From a virus, in UHGV virus genome UHGV-0405561: a stretch of 51,733 bases of DNA. The stretch is one strand, 5' to 3'. Both the position numbers and the translations under genes were made by a program. How positions within the stretch are numbered: position 1 is the stretch's first letter; every line of letters begins with the position of its first letter. Under the pieces are notes generated by a model. That model saw nothing but the letters and a program-made list of their open reading frames with translations. It made no database searches and had not been told where the DNA came from. Of this stretch, positions 48,187 through 51,733 are shown piece after piece.

Positions 48187-49041
48187 TCATTCTACGACTT
48201 CGCAGTCTTCGATAACAAGATTCCCCAACGCGAACCCTGAAACCTTTCCTTTGAAGATGACATTCTGCCTCTTCTTGAGCTTGGCGGCGGGGTGCTGGAG
48301 TTTCGGGGGCTTCTTGCCGTCGAGTTTATCTGATAATTGCAGCAGCTTCGAGCGGTTGTCTTCCGGCCCTTTGAGGACACACAAGACATTCGACATATCA
48401 CCGATGGGAAAAACAGCCTGATAATCGCCGCTCATGTTTTTCTCGATCTTGGCTATCTTGCCCCCGATCGAGATAGTGCGCCCGCCATACTCCTCATCCC
48501 CAGCCGCCTCATTTTCGTTGTAGGTATTCCAGATTTTGGCGGGAGAGACGGCTGTTTTGGTGTAATACCAATAGTCACAATGATGTGAGGCCTCTTTTTT
48601 TTTCTGTAAAAATGTTTCGCCATCTTTGAAATCTTCTTTTTTTAGCAAAGAAACCATTTTTTGGCATTGCTCATAGAAAGAAGCGTAATCTTCCAGTAGC
48701 ATATATGCGTCTGCTGAAAAACCATAGCCTCTAGGTGCTTCAGGTACTGTATTTATTGCAGCCTGAGCTTCCGCGAGTGCTTCTTTCCCTTTACCTTCAT
48801 AAAAGAAAGCATGTGACTTTGCTCCATGTGCTTCATGGATAATTTCTTTTGTCGAAGAATTTTCTTGTAATGCCTTATCCGCCAGTGTATGAACCTGCTT
48901 GGCTGTCATTTTTTTTTCGTCCAAGGCACTCCATGCGTCTTTCAACTCATCCACCGTCACGGCAAACACGGGCTGTGCGAGGCCAAGGGCCAGCAGGGCG
49001 GCCAGCAAAGGAAATTTTTTCATAGTCCCCCCCATCGCCAT
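48187..49041 (-). CDS. secreted/periplasmic protein of unknown function
   Basis: Sec signal MKKFPLLAALLALGLAQPVFA|VT. 284 aa. The 3' end carries the near-protospacer of spacer 2. Confidence 0.55.
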   Translation of the reverse strand: MAMGGTMKKFPLLAALLALGLAQPVFAVTVDELKDAWSALDEKKMTAKQVHTLADKALQENSSTKEIIHEAHGAKSHAFFYEGKGKEALAEAQAAINTVPEAPRGYGFSADAYMLLEDYASFYEQCQKMVSLLKKEDFKDGETFLQKKKEASHHCDYWYYTKTAVSPAKIWNTYNENEAAGDEEYGGRTISIGGKIAKIEKNMSGDYQAVFPIGDMSNVLCVLKGPEDNRSKLLQLSDKLDGKKPPKLQHPAAKLKKRQNVIFKGKVSGFALGNLVIEDCEVVE

Positions 49042-49044
49042 CCG

Positions 49045-50160
49045 TTACGCTTCATCCGGCTGTTTTTTCAGAGCATCATACCCCAGAGCCGTCGCCCGAA
49101 TCGCCTCGGCGAACCGCAACATGTCGTCCAGCTTTTCAATAGGCTGTTTTTCGTCTTTCTTGCCGTCGTTGAAGAGGCCCACATACTTCTGCTTGCCGTT
49201 GAAATGGAGGCGGCAGAGAGGCTTGCGGTTATTGTCGTCAAGGAGAATGGCGCAATATTTCAAGGCGTCGCGGATGACGACACGTTCGGGGGCGACTGTA
49301 CCGATGAGCATGGACTTGACGAGATAGTATCCTTGCCACTCCTCTTCCGTCGTTACAATGCCGGGCTTGCCCTCATCGGCGCTATCCTCGGCGTTTTCCG
49401 ATGCTTCGGAAGGCTCCGGTGCGGGTTTAGGCGCTGCGGACAAGGCATTTTTAAGGCGGGCATTGATTTGTTCGTTGATGAACTGCTCAATGGCACGAGT
49501 GAGGATAGGCGTAAAGCGTTCTTTCACCGACTGGGTTATTTTGCCTTCATAAACCTGCGCGATGAAAAATTTGACGAATTCCTCGTCCGGTTCCGTAATC
49601 TGACGCGCCAAAACGCTTTTGAACTCACGGGTGTACTTAAGTTCGCTGGCGGCGCTCAAGGCTTCGTCAACGTCGAATTTATCTTTGCACAGCTTCCTGA
49701 TTTCAGGAACCAACGCTTCATCCATGCTCTCAAGGACAAAATCCATGTAGGGTTTGTTGTCCATGAGATTGGGGGCTTCGAGATCGGAGAAGAAACGATA
49801 TCGGTTGCCGTCGGTCAGAATGGCAACGCGGGCCGATGTGACATGGAAATACCGCTGGAGCTGCGTGCATTGACTGCATTCAAGGGGAGCGCCGTAGGGT
49901 TTGCACTCGAAAAGGACAATGGGCTGGCCGTCACGCATGATGGCGTAGTCGACCCGCTCGCCCTTCTTTTCGCCGATGTCGGCAGTGAACTCCGGCACGA
50001 CTTCCATAGGGTTGAATACGTCATAGCCGAGCAGGTGAATGAACGGCATGATCAGCGCGTTTTTCGTCGCTTCTTCGGTTTGCAGATTCTTGCCCTGATT
50101 CCGGCACTTTGAAGCCAAGGCCGTGAGCGCGTCCATGAAATCCATAGTTTCTCTCCCCAT
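49045..50160 (-). CDS. HsdR_N-like PD-(D/E)XK nuclease domain protein
   Basis: N-terminal ATKNALIMPFIHLLGYDV...VDYAIMRDGQPIVLFECKPYGAPL matches the type I restriction HsdR N-terminal/Mrr-like nuclease motif D...E-C-K. Confidence 0.55.
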   Translation of the reverse strand: MGRETMDFMDALTALASKCRNQGKNLQTEEATKNALIMPFIHLLGYDVFNPMEVVPEFTADIGEKKGERVDYAIMRDGQPIVLFECKPYGAPLECSQCTQLQRYFHVTSARVAILTDGNRYRFFSDLEAPNLMDNKPYMDFVLESMDEALVPEIRKLCKDKFDVDEALSAASELKYTREFKSVLARQITEPDEEFVKFFIAQVYEGKITQSVKERFTPILTRAIEQFINEQINARLKNALSAAPKPAPEPSEASENAEDSADEGKPGIVTTEEEWQGYYLVKSMLIGTVAPERVVIRDALKYCAILLDDNNRKPLCRLHFNGKQKYVGLFNDGKKDEKQPIEKLDDMLRFAEAIRATALGYDALKKQPDEA

Positions 50161-50519
50161 AGAGCGTTATAGACCGGTTTATAATGGATCATATCGTTGA
50201 GAAAATCCACCCCGAAAGAGGAGAGGGGGAGCGACTTTACATTTTTCCTATTTTGTGCTGTTCTTTATCCACGGTGCTCGTAACACCAAACTAGGCGGAC
50301 AACGCCACCCGACAGTATGGCTCTTTTTGTGCCTTTTTGCCAAAGTCAAGACTCTTTTTGGCTGTGGTTTTCTGCTATACTTGTATCTTCTTGATGCCGG
50401 GTGTCCCCGATATGTCCAAGGCTTCGGCCCAAAGGCGGGGAGCCGCTCCTAGTTGCGGTTACGAACACCCGGCATCGTCATTCGTAGGCGGTGCCAACAT
50501 CCAAAACTAGGAGTGGCAC

Positions 50520-51449
50520 ATGTCTCAGTCCCTTTGCTTCAACGAATTCACCTTCTCGCCAGTCATCCGCGACAATCAGCCTTGGTTCCGCTCTTCTGAA
50601 ATCGCCACCGTGTTAGGGTACGCCCGAGAGGATACCTTGAGTCGTCTTTACGACAGAAACGCTGATGAATTCTCGTCAGATATGACTCAAGTGGTTGAAA
50701 TCAGCGTAGACCGTCAGTTTGGCGCAGAAGGCCGAGCCCGCATCTTCAGCTTGCGCGGCTGCCACCTCCTCGCCATGTTCGCCCGGACTCCGGTGGCAAA
50801 GGCGTTCCGCAAGTGGGTGCTGGACGTCATCGAGCAGTACGGCGACAGGGTGCCCGTTGCCGAACCCGTGACGCTCAACGACGAGCTGATCAGCGCGTCG
50901 GAACGGGCGGAGCTCAAGCTCATCGTAGACGCCAAGCTCTCGACATACCCCGCCGCTGTGCAGGGCAAGGCCCGCGCCGAAATCTGGGCGAAGTTCAACC
51001 GCCACTTTAGGATTGCAGAATACAAGCAGCTCCCGGCCCGGCTTATGCCCGAGGCCCGCGAGTTCCTGCTTTCTGTCCGCGTCCGCGCCATCAGCGCCAT
51101 ACCCACGGCGGAATCGTCAATCCCGGATCCGGCGCTTCCCGTCGCATCACCAGCATACCGTGAGCGCATCGCGGCTCTCGACCGTCTCGAAGAGGAATGG
51201 ATCGAATTCGCGGGGGAAACCCGCTCCCGGCTGCACCAATTCGTCAACGAGCTCCTGCGCGTCAAGGGGAGCACCTATCCCGAACTGTTGAACCGGGTAT
51301 GTCCCCGGCAGAACATCTCGAAGGACCCGCTCCTCGGCATCCTGCAATCCAACTCGTACAATGCCCAAACATGGATTGACGCGGGAATCTCGGAAATGAG
51401 AACGGCCATCCGTGCCGCGAAGACCGCGAACAGGTTGATGCTAGGGTAA
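50520..51449 (+). CDS. Bro-N domain antirepressor-like protein
   Basis: MSQSLCFNEFTFSPVIRDNQPWFRSSEIATVLGY...LSRL is a Bro-N N-terminal domain. The first 32 nt are the near-protospacer of spacer 3. Confidence 0.7.
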   Translation: MSQSLCFNEFTFSPVIRDNQPWFRSSEIATVLGYAREDTLSRLYDRNADEFSSDMTQVVEISVDRQFGAEGRARIFSLRGCHLLAMFARTPVAKAFRKWVLDVIEQYGDRVPVAEPVTLNDELISASERAELKLIVDAKLSTYPAAVQGKARAEIWAKFNRHFRIAEYKQLPARLMPEAREFLLSVRVRAISAIPTAESSIPDPALPVASPAYRERIAALDRLEEEWIEFAGETRSRLHQFVNELLRVKGSTYPELLNRVCPRQNISKDPLLGILQSNSYNAQTWIDAGISEMRTAIRAAKTANRLMLG

Positions 51450-51504
51450 TCCTTGGCAAGCCTACATGAATCATATAAGATTTTACCAACGGAGGGATTC
51501 CCCC

Positions 51505-51733
51505 ATGTTGTTGTTCGATACCGGAAAAAAGCTGGAAAAAGCGTTTACCGCCGAGCAGTTCGACGCCCTTGTCGAGGTGCTCGAAAAGCGTGAGGATAAG
51601 GCCGCGACCAAGGAAGACCTGCGCGAAACCGAGTTGCGGTTGCAGGTTGAACTGGAGAAGGTCCGCGGAGAAACGGAAAAGGTTCGTTCCGAGACGGAAA
51701 AGGTTCGTTCCGAAATGAAGGAAACCGAAGCTC
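51505..51733 (+). CDS. DUF1640-like coiled-coil protein, 3'-truncated at the window edge
   Basis: MLLFDTGKKLEKAFTAEQFDALVEVLEKRED...EKVRGETEKVRSETEKVR. Paralogue of the ORF at 3-209. Confidence 0.55.
   Translation, partial: MLLFDTGKKLEKAFTAEQFDALVEVLEKREDKAATKEDLRETELRLQVELEKVRGETEKVRSETEKVRSEMKETEA

Overview
This 51.7-kb, high-GC window is temperate-phage DNA almost throughout. It reads best as two related prophages integrated in tandem at a tRNA 3' end. The DUF1640 (Pfam domain of unknown function, PF07798) genes at the two window edges, cited below as evidence for this, are about 91% identical at the nucleotide level.

- **Junction (9322-9362):** a tRNA 3' fragment flanked by ATGCGTGAT arm-type repeats, with a tyrosine integrase immediately to its right.
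- **Left of the junction (1-9200):** the distal late end of prophage 1, with baseplate proteins W, J and I, two tail fibres, a glycine-rich fibre-associated protein, tail protein D and spike protein V.
- **Right of the junction (9400-51733):** a near-complete prophage 2.
  - It starts with integrase and excisionase, a methyltransferase plus PAPS (phosphoadenosine-phosphosulfate)-reductase-like pair, and an SSB/ERF recombination module.
  - It carries two separate repressor/operator regions.
  - Early and lysis functions follow: Bro and CII regulators, replication genes, a VRR-NUC nuclease, MazG, a Mor/C-family late activator, and a SAR (signal-arrest-release) endolysin with holin.
  - The structural genes come last: terminase small and large subunits, portal, MuF, protease-scaffold, major capsid, head-tail genes, sheath, tube, a chaperone with a -1 frameshift, and the tape measure.
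- **Standout feature:** an orphan type I-F-like CRISPR mini-array (5 repeats, 4 spacers; 47893-48160) sits inside prophage 2 with no cas genes in the window. Three of its four spacers are 81-91% matches to prophage 2's own neighbouring genes, and all 14 mismatches fall on third codon positions. This suggests the spacers were acquired from a diverged relative and now act in inter-phage exclusion while sparing self.
- **Accessory cargo next to the array:** a secreted protein, an HsdR_N/PD-(D/E)XK nuclease and a second Bro-N antirepressor.
- **Other accessory cargo:** a YefM-YoeB toxin-antitoxin pair, a lipoprotein, and a nucleoside-deoxyribosyltransferase-like gene co-transcribed with the repressor.
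- **Late-promoter motif:** the 17-bp sequence GAACCTTGTTCACGGTG occurs six times about 50 bp upstream of the late operons. It is probably the binding site of the Mor/C-family late activator.
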